Positions 8,228 through 17,089 of a DNA stretch of 32,000 nt are shown here, one piece after another. The notes under the pieces are model-generated. The model did not search any database. It worked only from the letters and a program-made list of their open reading frames with translations, and was not told the origin of the DNA. Numbering within the stretch: the first letter of the stretch is position 1; every line of letters starts with the position of its first letter. The position numbers and the translations under genes were made by a program. This DNA comes from an uncultured bacterium (GTDB lineage: Bacteria; Patescibacteriota; Gracilibacteria; UBA1369; PNNO01): assembly GCA_963704705.1 (NCBI GenBank), contig OY969931.1:1050001-1082000 (forward strand). The letters run 5' to 3'.

Positions 8228-8644
8228 TTAGTTTTTAAGTGTTCTTTCGATTCTTTTTCTAACCGGTTCAAAAGAAAATGCCTGATGATTTGAGCTTCTT
8301 AATTCTCTAAAATAATTTTCAACTTCAATTTGAGTTGTAAATTTAATATCGTTAATTTGATCAGCTGATGTTTTAACTGTATAACCGCCTGCAAAATCAA
8401 TAATAACATTACCAAATTCAATCATAACTTCAACAACAAAACCTGTAAGTTCTTCTCCTTTTGCTTTTACTGTAATGCACTTATGTAAAATCGCATTATT
8501 AAGCCTTTTTTCAGCTGCAAATGATTTTGAAGGATCGGTTTTACTATCAATGCCTCGAATAATATCCATAATATCCGACGAATTCTCTTGAAGGGAATCA
8601 TCTGAATTGATTGATGTGTCGCATGATGTTCTCATTTCTAACAT
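8228..8644 (-). CDS. Hypothetical protein
   Basis: 138-aa ORF, the last gene of the minus-strand run 10583->8228. No motif recognised. Confidence 0.5.
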   Translation of the reverse strand: MLEMRTSCDTSINSDDSLQENSSDIMDIIRGIDSKTDPSKSFAAEKRLNNAILHKCITVKAKGEELTGFVVEVMIEFGNVIIDFAGGYTVKTSADQINDIKFTTQIEVENYFRELRSSNHQAFSFEPVRKRIERTLKN

Positions 8645-8724
8645 ATTAAAAGATTAATTATAAATGGTGGGTAAATCTATAATTAATAAGTATAAAAGTC
8701 AAGAAGTTAACTGCTTCCGCATAA

Positions 8725-8913
8725 TTAGTCGTATGAAACTAATTGTCCTTTTTTAGTTACTCCATCTAATATCAGGCTAGCATCTCTTCGCGTACCTTTA
8801 GCAGTATTATCTACTCCTTTTCCAGGAAAATTTTCTTTATCATTATGACTAACTAAATGTATGGCATCTTCAGGATCTCCTCCTAAAAATCCTTCTGGGT
8901 TTTTTGTATTCAT
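8725..8913 (-). CDS. Hypothetical small protein
   Basis: 62-aa ORF in the same orientation as its neighbours, 59 nt downstream of the 536-aa surface protein gene. No motif recognised. Confidence 0.4.
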   Translation of the reverse strand: MNTKNPEGFLGGDPEDAIHLVSHNDKENFPGKGVDNTAKGTRRDASLILDGVTKKGQLVSYD

Positions 8914-8972
8914 AATTATTGAGTTAAAAGCCAGATGAAGTTTAGCTTAAAGTTTCTGATTTTGTAAAGAAT

Positions 8973-10583
8973 TTAATTTATTCTGTAAATTTCGAGACGC
9001 ACGTTCTTTATATATGATGTACCAAAAGATTTTGAAGTAGAAAAATCTAAATCAATATTATGTACACCCGAAGTTAATGTAACATTTCTAAAACCAGTTT
9101 CCACATATACTTGATCAGTACCTGTATCTTTAGGTTCCTGTTCATGTTCTAATAAAGTTGTTGTATCATCTACCTGAACTCTTCCCATAAAATCATTTGA
9201 TGCACTATCATATCTCCAGTTATAAAACCAACTTATTTTGTAAGTTCCGGCAGGCAATGAAGGTGTTGTAAGCCTTAATTTTTGCTGAAAAACAGTGCTA
9301 TTTGTACTTGTTTCAGCTACGCTTTCAGAATAACTATACTGGGTTCCAAAAATACTAGATGACCCCCCTGCCGCATCAATCTGCTTCCAGATTGTTCCGT
9401 TACAAACATAAGTAAATGTGTCGGTTGTATTATGATATATCCGCCCCTTGTATGTGCTGTTACATGTTAATGCCGAAGCTGAATTCTCAACTTTAAACTG
9501 CTTTAGCTCATTAAAATTTAAAAGCAAATCATCGCTTAAAATAAAAGCCTGGGCAGTATTATTCCACTGCATATATTCATTCAAAGTAGTTCCAAATACT
9601 AAATTCAAATCAGTCCCTGTATTATCCTGATCAATAGTCCACGATTCACTGTCGGTTCCTGTTCCTACGCTGCCGGGATCACCTTTATCACCTTTTACGC
9701 CATCAAGCTTTACTACCGTTATTAAAGGTTCACCAATTACAGTATTAACGCTTAATCTTTGCGCCTGCAAAGTAATATAATCTCCATTGTTTAGTTCAGC
9801 TAATACTGTAGCGGTTAAAGGTGAGTGTTCAGTCTGATAATTTGTTGATTCTAAAAATGAACCCGGAATGTCGGACGTATTATTAATTCTAAGTTTTGCC
9901 TGAATACCATGGGTGGTTGTGTTGTTGTTGGCGTCCAGATGATAAGTTAATCTATATAAACCATCCGCTTTTATATCTATTCGTTCAGTATTTGTTCCAT
10001 TATGCTCAATAACTGTGTCATCTGATTCCACATCAGTGCTATCAAGAGGTATATCGTACCACTGACTTTGATTTGTTAAAGTGAAATTTGAAGTTCTTCG
10101 CGCCTGAACAGCCGCGAGCATGCCAGAAATAGTACCACTTCCGCCTCCATTGATCTGTTCCCAGGAAGTTCCATTACAAATATAAGTATTGTTGTCTGTT
10201 GTATTGTAATAAGCTCTTCCAATGGTTGTTCCATCACACGTTGGTGCAACATCAAGGTTATCAATTCTGAAATTCTTAAGTTCATTACCCTCTAAATCCA
10301 GATCATCACTAAATTTAAATGTTTCATCAGCCGAATCCCATTTAAGATATTCACCTAAGGTATCACCGAATTGAAGGGTTATATCCCCGCCCGAGTCATC
10401 AGCATCAAAAGTATAAATGTTGTCTTCCTGGACATAATCTGGATCAATTAACAAAATCCCCTGAGCGCTCACAATATTTATCTGCGTTATAAGCAAACCA
10501 ATAATAAATACGAAGCAACTTACTTTTTTTAATGTTTTTTTAATCATAACTTGTAACAAATTTGTCATATTATTATAACACAA
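8973..10583 (-). CDS. Secreted, internally duplicated surface/fibre-like protein with a short collagen-like G-X-Y run and beta-jelly-roll (C1q/TNF-like) segments
   Basis: The signal peptide 'MIKKTLKKVSCFVFIIGLLITQINIVSA' suggests the real start is probably ATG at 10547; alternatives are 10568 and 10583. Two homologous ~90-aa modules ('FGDTLGEYLKWDSADETFKFSDDLDLEGNELKNF...GRAYYNTTDNNTYICNGTSWEQI' and 'FGTTLNEYMQWNNTAQAFILSDDLLLNFNELKQF...GRIYHNTTDTFTYVCNGTIWKQI') are each followed by a beta-rich domain. 'GVKGDKGDPGSVGTG' lies between the two halves. Confidence 0.8.
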   Translation of the reverse strand: MCYNNMTNLLQVMIKKTLKKVSCFVFIIGLLITQINIVSAQGILLIDPDYVQEDNIYTFDADDSGGDITLQFGDTLGEYLKWDSADETFKFSDDLDLEGNELKNFRIDNLDVAPTCDGTTIGRAYYNTTDNNTYICNGTSWEQINGGGSGTISGMLAAVQARRTSNFTLTNQSQWYDIPLDSTDVESDDTVIEHNGTNTERIDIKADGLYRLTYHLDANNNTTTHGIQAKLRINNTSDIPGSFLESTNYQTEHSPLTATVLAELNNGDYITLQAQRLSVNTVIGEPLITVVKLDGVKGDKGDPGSVGTGTDSESWTIDQDNTGTDLNLVFGTTLNEYMQWNNTAQAFILSDDLLLNFNELKQFKVENSASALTCNSTYKGRIYHNTTDTFTYVCNGTIWKQIDAAGGSSSIFGTQYSYSESVAETSTNSTVFQQKLRLTTPSLPAGTYKISWFYNWRYDSASNDFMGRVQVDDTTTLLEHEQEPKDTGTDQVYVETGFRNVTLTSGVHNIDLDFSTSKSFGTSYIKNVRLEIYRIN

Positions 10584-10676
10584 GTGAGCTAATTAGAAAA
10601 GAGTTAGGGCCACTTTTAACAAGTAACTAACATTATTTTACAATTTATGTTATAATTAAATGAACCCAGAATTAAA

Positions 10677-12194
10677 ATGGCAGGATTAAAAGAAAAAAAA
10701 GAATCTCAACAGCAAAATCCTTCAATTGGGCCAAAAGCCGCAGCAGATACTGTTAAAGCAAACATTGAAGGTAAAAAAGCCGCTCAAAGGGCTAAGGTTA
10801 GGGCAGGGCTTAAAGATTTAAAAGATAAAATTTCAGGAAAATCAGTAAAAGAAACGTTTTCGTCACAAGATAAACAATTATTGGAAAAAGCATTCAAAGA
10901 ATCGATTGCAGGCTTAAATGAGGGCAAAATCCTAAAAAAAATCTCAAATCTTTCGATAGATAAACTTGAAAAAGCCGAAGATTTACAAAACGGCACGGGT
11001 GCCAGAGTTTTTGCCAATATAGAATTCGGTTATAAATTCAAAAAAGGCGATAAAATTACAATAAATTTTCAAGGCAACGAAGATGCTGAAGATAAATATG
11101 GAATGCGAACTTTTTTTAAACACCAACCCGAAATCAGACAGGTAAAGATAACTCAAAAAAATCGCAGAGGAAAAGGCCGTGAAGGAATTGCAACAAGACG
11201 CGGACTGGAAGGTAATTTTTATTTTGCAGACGGATCGTATGCTCCGATTTTTTCAGGCACAGAAATTGAAATAGAACAGGTATTTACAGCTCAACAACTT
11301 GAAGATTACAAAAAAACAGCAAGCTCATATAAGGTTGATCAAACTACCCGCAGAATTAGCAGCCAGGATCAGGCCTTTTACAGAAAACAATACGCATTTG
11401 TTCCGCCAAATCCCAAAGATGAAAAAGCAGTTAAAGAATATTGGCGGCAAATAGATAATTCAACCAACAAGCCAAAACGTGAAAAAGCACCAAGAACTTT
11501 AGCAAGAGCAGAATATGTACCTGCAAACCAACTTGAGAAACAATTCAAAGAAAAATGGGACCAAATTATGTCCATAAAGGACAAATTGCAGTTATGGAAT
11601 ATGAGAGACGAAATAATTTTCAGAGAAAATGATCCTATTGTGAGGGTTCCCGGAGAAAGAGCAGGTATGAGACTGCGTTCTGCAGCTGCTTTAAGATGGG
11701 CATTATTTAAAAAATATTCTGAACTTACAGGGTATAAAGTCTATATATCTTCTTCTTATAGAAGTGCGAAAACTCAGGAACGACTTTGGTATAACGGATT
11801 AGCACGAAGAAAAAGAATGATGCGTCAAAAATATCCAAATGCATCGGAAGCTGAAATTCACAAAAAAGCCCTCGCTCTAAATAGGCGTTATGTGGCTCCT
11901 CCGGGTCGTTCTCATCATAATACCGGCGGAGCAATTGACCTTTCAGTTTATAAAAACAACAAAAAAATCCAGATGCATAAATTTAAGGGTAGCAGTGCGC
12001 AACACGCAAGAGCAATGGCAGGAGACATGAGTGGATTAAGTTCAGCTGATCGTATTGCAATTGAAACACGACAATTTTTAGATAAAGAACTCGGTGCATC
12101 ACACTTTCTTGGCGTAAATTACCATGCAGAAAACTGGCACTGGAATACTGATAAAGATCCTAATACAGGCCAATATATTTACAGAAACGTTTAA
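10677..12194 (+). CDS. VanY/M15B-type D-Ala-D-Ala carboxypeptidase-like zinc peptidase with a ~330-aa uncharacterised Lys-rich N-terminal region
   Basis: C-terminal motifs: 'ISSSYRSAKTQERLW', 'PPGRSHHNTGGAIDLS' (the H..G.A.D zinc site) and 'HAENWHW' (E.WH). I see no signal peptide or TM helix. Confidence 0.8.
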   Translation: MAGLKEKKESQQQNPSIGPKAAADTVKANIEGKKAAQRAKVRAGLKDLKDKISGKSVKETFSSQDKQLLEKAFKESIAGLNEGKILKKISNLSIDKLEKAEDLQNGTGARVFANIEFGYKFKKGDKITINFQGNEDAEDKYGMRTFFKHQPEIRQVKITQKNRRGKGREGIATRRGLEGNFYFADGSYAPIFSGTEIEIEQVFTAQQLEDYKKTASSYKVDQTTRRISSQDQAFYRKQYAFVPPNPKDEKAVKEYWRQIDNSTNKPKREKAPRTLARAEYVPANQLEKQFKEKWDQIMSIKDKLQLWNMRDEIIFRENDPIVRVPGERAGMRLRSAAALRWALFKKYSELTGYKVYISSSYRSAKTQERLWYNGLARRKRMMRQKYPNASEAEIHKKALALNRRYVAPPGRSHHNTGGAIDLSVYKNNKKIQMHKFKGSSAQHARAMAGDMSGLSSADRIAIETRQFLDKELGASHFLGVNYHAENWHWNTDKDPNTGQYIYRNV

Positions 12195-12226
12195 TTTAAG
12201 TAAAGTTTAGAACGTAATTAAACTTA

Positions 12227-13900
12227 ATGTTTTTAAATATGCGCTCTGATGAAGTTAAAAAAGGATTTGAAAGAACTCCGCATCGAAGCCTTTTACGTGC
12301 ATGCGGCCTTAAAGACCGCGACTTTGATAAACCGTTTATTGGTATAGCCAATTCTTATAATGATATAGTTCCGGGTCATATTCATTTAAATAAAATAGGT
12401 CAAATTGTTAAAGAAGCCATTTGGGATGCAGGAGGTGTTCCATTTGAATTTAATGTAATCGGTGTTGATGATGGCATTGCTATGGGACATATTGGAATGC
12501 ACTATTCACTTCCCTCTCGCGAACTTATTTGTGACTCTATTGAAACAGTTATTGAGGCGCATAGACTTGATGGAATGGTTTGTATCGGAAGCTGCGATAA
12601 AATTGTTCCTGGAATGATGATGGCAATGGTAAGAACTAATGTACCTTCGTTAATTTTAAGCGGTGGCCCTATGAAGGCGGGAAAAATAAACGGTAAAAGT
12701 GTTGATTTAGTTTCGGCTTTTGAAGGAGTCGGTAAATATCAGGCAGGTAAAATTGACGACAAAGAATTGCATGAACTTGAACTAAGTGCATGCCCCACAT
12801 GCGGCTCTTGCGCAGGCATGTTTACTGCCAATTCGATGAATTGTTTAAGTGAAGTTTTAGGCTTGGGATTGCCATTTAATGGCACCTACCTTGCCATTTC
12901 TGAAGAAAGAAAAGAGCTCGCTAAAAAAGCCGGTGAACAAATAATAAAATTAGTAAAAGAAGATTTAAAACCCCGGGATATAATTACTCATGCGTCTATA
13001 GACAATGCATTCAAACTCGACATGGCATTCGGCGGATCAACAAATACTGTACTGCACACATTGGCAATAGCCAACGAAGCTGGAATTGATTATCCGCTTG
13101 AACGAATTAATGAACTTTCAGATTCAACACCTTACATCTGCAAAGTCAGTCCTTCGGACCCAAATGTTCATATTGAAGATGTAGACAAAGCAGGGGGAAT
13201 TTCTGCAATAATAAATGAGCTCAGTAAAAAAGATTTGCTGGATCTGGATCAAAAAACAGTCACAACAAAAACTCTGCGCGAAATCACAAAAGGCCATGAA
13301 GTAAAAAATCACGATATAATAAGACCTATCGATAATCCACATTCACAAACCGGAGGTTTGACTATGCTGTTTGGAAATTTGGCCCCGGAAGGCGCTATTG
13401 TTAAATCAGGCGGCGTTGATAAAGACTTAATGAAATTCGAAGGCCCTGCAATAATTTATAATTCTCAGGAATCCGCATGCGAGGGAATTCTAAACGGAGA
13501 AGTAAAAGAAGGTCATGTTGTAGTAATTAGATATGAAGGACCAAAAGGCGGACCTGGAATGCCTGAGATGCTTGCTCCTACCGCAAACATTGTTGGTCTT
13601 GGCCTGGGCAAAAAAGTCGCTCTTATTACTGACGGCAGATTTTCAGGCGGAACACGCGGTGCATGTATAGGACATATTTCACCGGAAGCAGCTGAGAATG
13701 GCCCTATTGCAGCACTTAGAAACGGTGATATTATTTCTTACGATATTCCTAATCATAAAATCGAAGTGAAGATCAGCCATGAAGAACTAACGGAACGTTT
13801 GAATGGCCTTCCTGAATTCGAACCAAAAATTAAAAAAGGCTACCTTAACAGATATGCGCGTTTAGTTACCAATGCAAGCAAAGGAGCAGTGTTATCTTAA
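12227..13900 (+). CDS. ilvD: Dihydroxy-acid dehydratase (IlvD/Edd family)
   Basis: '[13 protein letters not shown]', '[23 protein letters not shown]', '[11 protein letters not shown]', '[19 protein letters not shown]' and '[12 protein letters not shown]' are all classic IlvD motifs. An alternative start is ATG at 12239. Confidence 0.93.
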   Translation: MFLNMRSDEVKKGFERTPHRSLLRACGLKDRDFDKPFIGIANSYNDIVPGHIHLNKIGQIVKEAIWDAGGVPFEFNVIGVDDGIAMGHIGMHYSLPSRELICDSIETVIEAHRLDGMVCIGSCDKIVPGMMMAMVRTNVPSLILSGGPMKAGKINGKSVDLVSAFEGVGKYQAGKIDDKELHELELSACPTCGSCAGMFTANSMNCLSEVLGLGLPFNGTYLAISEERKELAKKAGEQIIKLVKEDLKPRDIITHASIDNAFKLDMAFGGSTNTVLHTLAIANEAGIDYPLERINELSDSTPYICKVSPSDPNVHIEDVDKAGGISAIINELSKKDLLDLDQKTVTTKTLREITKGHEVKNHDIIRPIDNPHSQTGGLTMLFGNLAPEGAIVKSGGVDKDLMKFEGPAIIYNSQESACEGILNGEVKEGHVVVIRYEGPKGGPGMPEMLAPTANIVGLGLGKKVALITDGRFSGGTRGACIGHISPEAAENGPIAALRNGDIISYDIPNHKIEVKISHEELTERLNGLPEFEPKIKKGYLNRYARLVTNASKGAVLS

Positions 13901-15244
13901 TATTCTGTCACGGATATTCTTTGCGTATTTTTTTACCATTGCGTCAGTGATGCATCCTGTTTTACAAATTTCACTGTAAACCTGTGCTGAAGATTTTGGA
14001 ATTCTTTCAAAAGTTCTGTGATTAATCGCAACAAGACCAAATGGCTGTGTAAAGCCCTCAGCCCATTCAAAATTATCAAGAAACGACCAATACAAATAAC
14101 CCATAACGTCAGCTCCTTCACTCATTGCCCGGTTAATGGCATCCAAATGTCTGATAATATAAGAAATTCGCTGAGTATCATCCAGTGTTGAAATCCCGTT
14201 TTCAGTAATTAAAATTGGTTTTTTTAATTTTCTGTGAACGAGTTTAGTTAAATAATAAAGCCCGTCCGGAAAAACTTCCCAATTAAACAAGGTTCGTTCT
14301 ATATTGGGTGAAATATGCATTCTAAAATGCATTGGTGACCTTAAAACGGAAAATCTGCATTCGCATCTAAAGTAATAATTAATTCCTATAAAGTCCAGAC
14401 TCTCTTTGGCATTATGAAGCTTTTTATACCCCATTATCAATGGATATCTGCCACTGTAAAAAGGTCTGAAATAAAGTTTATTATAAAAATACCTGTAAGT
14501 TTCCGACATAATTTTGCTAATGATGCTATTTTTTTTATATGGGTCAAACCAAATAAAACTTTTCGCAAATCCGATCATTGGTTTTTCCCAACCCTTATTT
14601 CTGTAAACTTCACGAATAACCTGAAATGCATCAATATGTACATGTAAAAGGTTTTTTAATAATTTCAATGTTTTAAAAAAACTTTTTTCACCAGGAGGCC
14701 ACTGACCCTCATGATAGCCATAATTGGCGTAAACAAAAGGTTCGTTTATTGTAAGCCATGTATCAACAAGATCACCAAGTTCTTCAACAATTCTTTTTAC
14801 ATATCTGTTAAATTTATGTCTGCCTTCAGGATTCAAAAAACCCCCTTCCTGAGCAAACCAATATGGCAGAGTAAAATGCCATAAAGTAACAACAGGTTTT
14901 ATTCCGTCTTTGTGCAGTTCTTCAAGAACTTTTCTGTAATGCTTAATCTCCCATTTATTAAAAATGCCTTCTTTTGGTTCGATTCGGCTCCATTCAATCG
15001 AAAGTCTGTGAGTGTTATGGTGCATGTGCTTCATCATTTCAAAATCCTTTTTATAAAGCTCATAATGATTACATGCATCGTTAGAAATCTGTTTGTTTAA
15101 AACATGACCTTCCTGCTCCCATGCCCACCAATCATTATTCATATTTCCACCTTCAACCTGATGAGCTGACATTGCAGTACCCCATAAAAAATTTTTAGGG
15201 AATTTAATTTCGTACTTATGTTTTTTTGATTTTGTTTGCGGCAA
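13892..15244 (-). CDS. Glycoside hydrolase family 1 beta-glucosidase/beta-galactosidase
   Basis: '[15 protein letters not shown]', '[12 protein letters not shown]', 'TINEPFVYA' (acid/base Glu), 'ILITENGIS' (nucleophile Glu) and '[13 protein letters not shown]'. The start is TTG at 15244. The next in-frame ATG would delete the conserved FLWGTA motif, so the non-ATG start is supported. Confidence 0.92.
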   Translation of the reverse strand: MPQTKSKKHKYEIKFPKNFLWGTAMSAHQVEGGNMNNDWWAWEQEGHVLNKQISNDACNHYELYKKDFEMMKHMHHNTHRLSIEWSRIEPKEGIFNKWEIKHYRKVLEELHKDGIKPVVTLWHFTLPYWFAQEGGFLNPEGRHKFNRYVKRIVEELGDLVDTWLTINEPFVYANYGYHEGQWPPGEKSFFKTLKLLKNLLHVHIDAFQVIREVYRNKGWEKPMIGFAKSFIWFDPYKKNSIISKIMSETYRYFYNKLYFRPFYSGRYPLIMGYKKLHNAKESLDFIGINYYFRCECRFSVLRSPMHFRMHISPNIERTLFNWEVFPDGLYYLTKLVHRKLKKPILITENGISTLDDTQRISYIIRHLDAINRAMSEGADVMGYLYWSFLDNFEWAEGFTQPFGLVAINHRTFERIPKSSAQVYSEICKTGCITDAMVKKYAKNIRDRILR

Positions 15245-15308
15245 TTTATTGTGGATAAAAGCTAATTAAAATTGTACCATATAAATAAATATTAATTAAT
15301 AATTTTAT

Positions 15309-15821
15309 ATGGATTTAGGTACAAAAAAAGTAATTATGATTATCGCCCCTGAAAATTTTCGTGACGAAGAGTATTTTGACACCCGCGAAGCTCTTGAAAA
15401 AAAGGGGGTTGATGTAAGGGTTGCTTCAATTTCAACTCCCGCAATTAGTGGTATTGAAAAACGGGAAGTTGAAGTCGATATGCTGTTGAATGATGTTACT
15501 AATGATTTTGACGGGATTGTTTTTATAGGCGGAGGCGGCGCAAAAGTTTATTTTGATAATCAAACCGCTCTTGATTTGGCGCGCAAATATTATGAGGATG
15601 GCAAAATTGTGGCTGCAATTTGTATTGCTCCGTTAATACTGGGGCATGCCGGTATAATGAGCGACAAAAAAGCTACATGCTGGGAAGGCGGCGCAAAAGA
15701 ACTGGGAGATTTCGGAGCAGAATACACTGCTTCAGATGTTGAAATTGATGGAAATATAATTACTGCAAACGGCCCAAAGTCTTCTGAGAACTTTGGTAAA
15801 GAAGTTGCAAAAGCGCTCTAA
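15309..15821 (+). CDS. DJ-1/PfpI family protein
   Basis: 170 aa. 'FDGIVFIGGGGA' and the nucleophile-elbow-like 'KIVAAICIAPLILGHAG' fit the DJ-1/PfpI fold. Confidence 0.85.
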   Translation: MDLGTKKVIMIIAPENFRDEEYFDTREALEKKGVDVRVASISTPAISGIEKREVEVDMLLNDVTNDFDGIVFIGGGGAKVYFDNQTALDLARKYYEDGKIVAAICIAPLILGHAGIMSDKKATCWEGGAKELGDFGAEYTASDVEIDGNIITANGPKSSENFGKEVAKAL

Positions 15822-16510
15822 GAATTGCCTTTTCTTAAAACTTCTCTTTCTCTGCGGAGTCTTGAAACGTTTTTAATAAGCTTTTCAATACCTCCCTGCA
15901 AATTTCGTGCTGCACTTAAGTCATCGACCCTGGAATCTTTTTTGCCGCGTTCATTGGGCGGCATTAGAAATTTCTTTGCTGCTTTTTCCCAATTCCCTTT
16001 TCCGTTGGCCAATCCGCTTAATGAATTATTTGCTTTTCTTAATGCAGTTAAAGCTTCATTGAAATCATTAAGATTCAAAGATTTAAAAGTGGAACTTTTT
16101 GATGCTTTTTGTTTAATTGCATCATAATTTCCTGATAACAAACCCAAATCACTGGCCTTTGGTGCGAATTCCCCCATTAATTTTTTAAATTTACCATTCT
16201 TGCTTAAAGCTACCATTAGCTTTAAATAAGCCATTCTGTGTTTAACAACATTAACCAAAGATTCAGGTAGAAGTTTTAAATTAATTCTCTCAAACTTAGG
16301 TAGAAGATCATCAGCTTTCTTCATTGATTTATCGTCAAAATAACTTGTACTGTCCAGATCTCTGTGATAATCAGAACAAAGTTCGCGAGTAGTTTTAATT
16401 TCTTTTTCTTTTGCTTCCTTTTCTTCTTTTACTCTTTCTTGTTTACTTAACTTTAGAGCTTCTTCCTCTGATCTTTTTTTTGCGGCGTATTCATAGACTT
16501 CAATATTCAT
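15818..16510 (-). CDS. Hypothetical Lys/Glu-rich protein
   Basis: 230-aa ORF with an ATG start. It is convergent with the DJ-1 gene, overlapping it by 4 nt. No motif recognised. Track ORF 15825-16127(+) is its antisense shadow. Confidence 0.55.
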   Translation of the reverse strand: MNIEVYEYAAKKRSEEEALKLSKQERVKEEKEAKEKEIKTTRELCSDYHRDLDSTSYFDDKSMKKADDLLPKFERINLKLLPESLVNVVKHRMAYLKLMVALSKNGKFKKLMGEFAPKASDLGLLSGNYDAIKQKASKSSTFKSLNLNDFNEALTALRKANNSLSGLANGKGNWEKAAKKFLMPPNERGKKDSRVDDLSAARNLQGGIEKLIKNVSRLRREREVLRKGNS

Positions 16511-16847
16511 TTTTTACTTTGTTTATTTTAATATTTAACATATATATTATACAACATTTATTACTATAAAGAAAGAGTCTTAACAAATTAAGCTGGTTTG
16601 TTAAATAAAAACAATGTTTCTTGGCTGTAGCATAAGAAAATCCTAAAATTTGATCCCAAAGGCTTGACTCAATTGTAAATTAATTTATCGCTATAAAATA
16701 TTTCTAAATTATTCAAAATTGTATTATTGAATAAATGAAAATCCGTTGTCAGCTTTTTAAGTTTGTTCAACTAATTTATACATACCTCAATATATGATCC
16801 CCCTTTTAATAGAATACTACCTTTTCGGAATGCTACATGGTAACCCT

Positions 16848-16895
16848 CTACTATATGTAGTATGAAGCCAAAATAATATACACTACATATACTTA
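16848..16895. promoter_or_regulatory. Candidate tandem NrdR boxes upstream of nrdJ
   Basis: Box 1 is ctaCTATATGTAGtat (16848-16863) and box 2 is acaCTACATATACtta (16880-16895). Each matches 12 of 16 positions of the NrdR consensus as I recall it (acaCwAtATaTwGtgt). Their starts are 32 bp apart, about three helical turns. A TATACT -10-like hexamer (16888-16893) lies inside box 2. Confidence 0.45.
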
Positions 16896-17089
16896 AATTT
16901 AGCAACTAAATATTATGTTTTAAGGTTGCATTGAAATATCCATAAGAATATATTCGAGTTGTTATTCAATCGCGCGCTCAAAAACAGCCCAACCAAAAAA
17001 TTAGCTTCAAGCTTTTCTAGCGGCTTAACGGATTTAAGGTCTTTTAATGACCTTGGTCTGTATTCTTTACTCTCTAATTCCCTGTTATC

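Noticed and set aside
9378-10418. Diversity-generating retroelement (template/variable repeat pair) explaining the internal duplication
   Set aside because: The two modules are diverged at most positions rather than only at adenines. Both are coding, and no reverse transcriptase gene is present.
6275-12226. tRNA-Glu-linked genomic island or prophage (fibre-like gene plus M15 lysin-like gene downstream of a tRNA)
   Set aside because: I saw no integrase or recombinase, no phage structural genes and no direct repeat of the tRNA 3' end. BASS and SixA are ordinary cellular genes, and the fibre-like protein has a signal peptide. The idea is kept only as an alternative reading in the M15 finding.
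15250-15258. Perfect DnaA box TGTGGATAA (complement of TTATCCACA) in the GH1/DJ-1 intergenic region
   Set aside because: It is a single copy with no cluster of boxes and no adjacent AT-rich unwinding element or dnaA/dnaN. One 9-mer match in 32 kb on two strands is compatible with chance.
16896-17089. Cobalamin riboswitch or other known riboswitch in the nrdJ leader
   Set aside because: I saw no B12-box-like GCCACTG core or other conserved riboswitch motif. B12 riboswitches normally control B12-independent isozymes, not nrdJ. Only a covariance-model scan could settle this.
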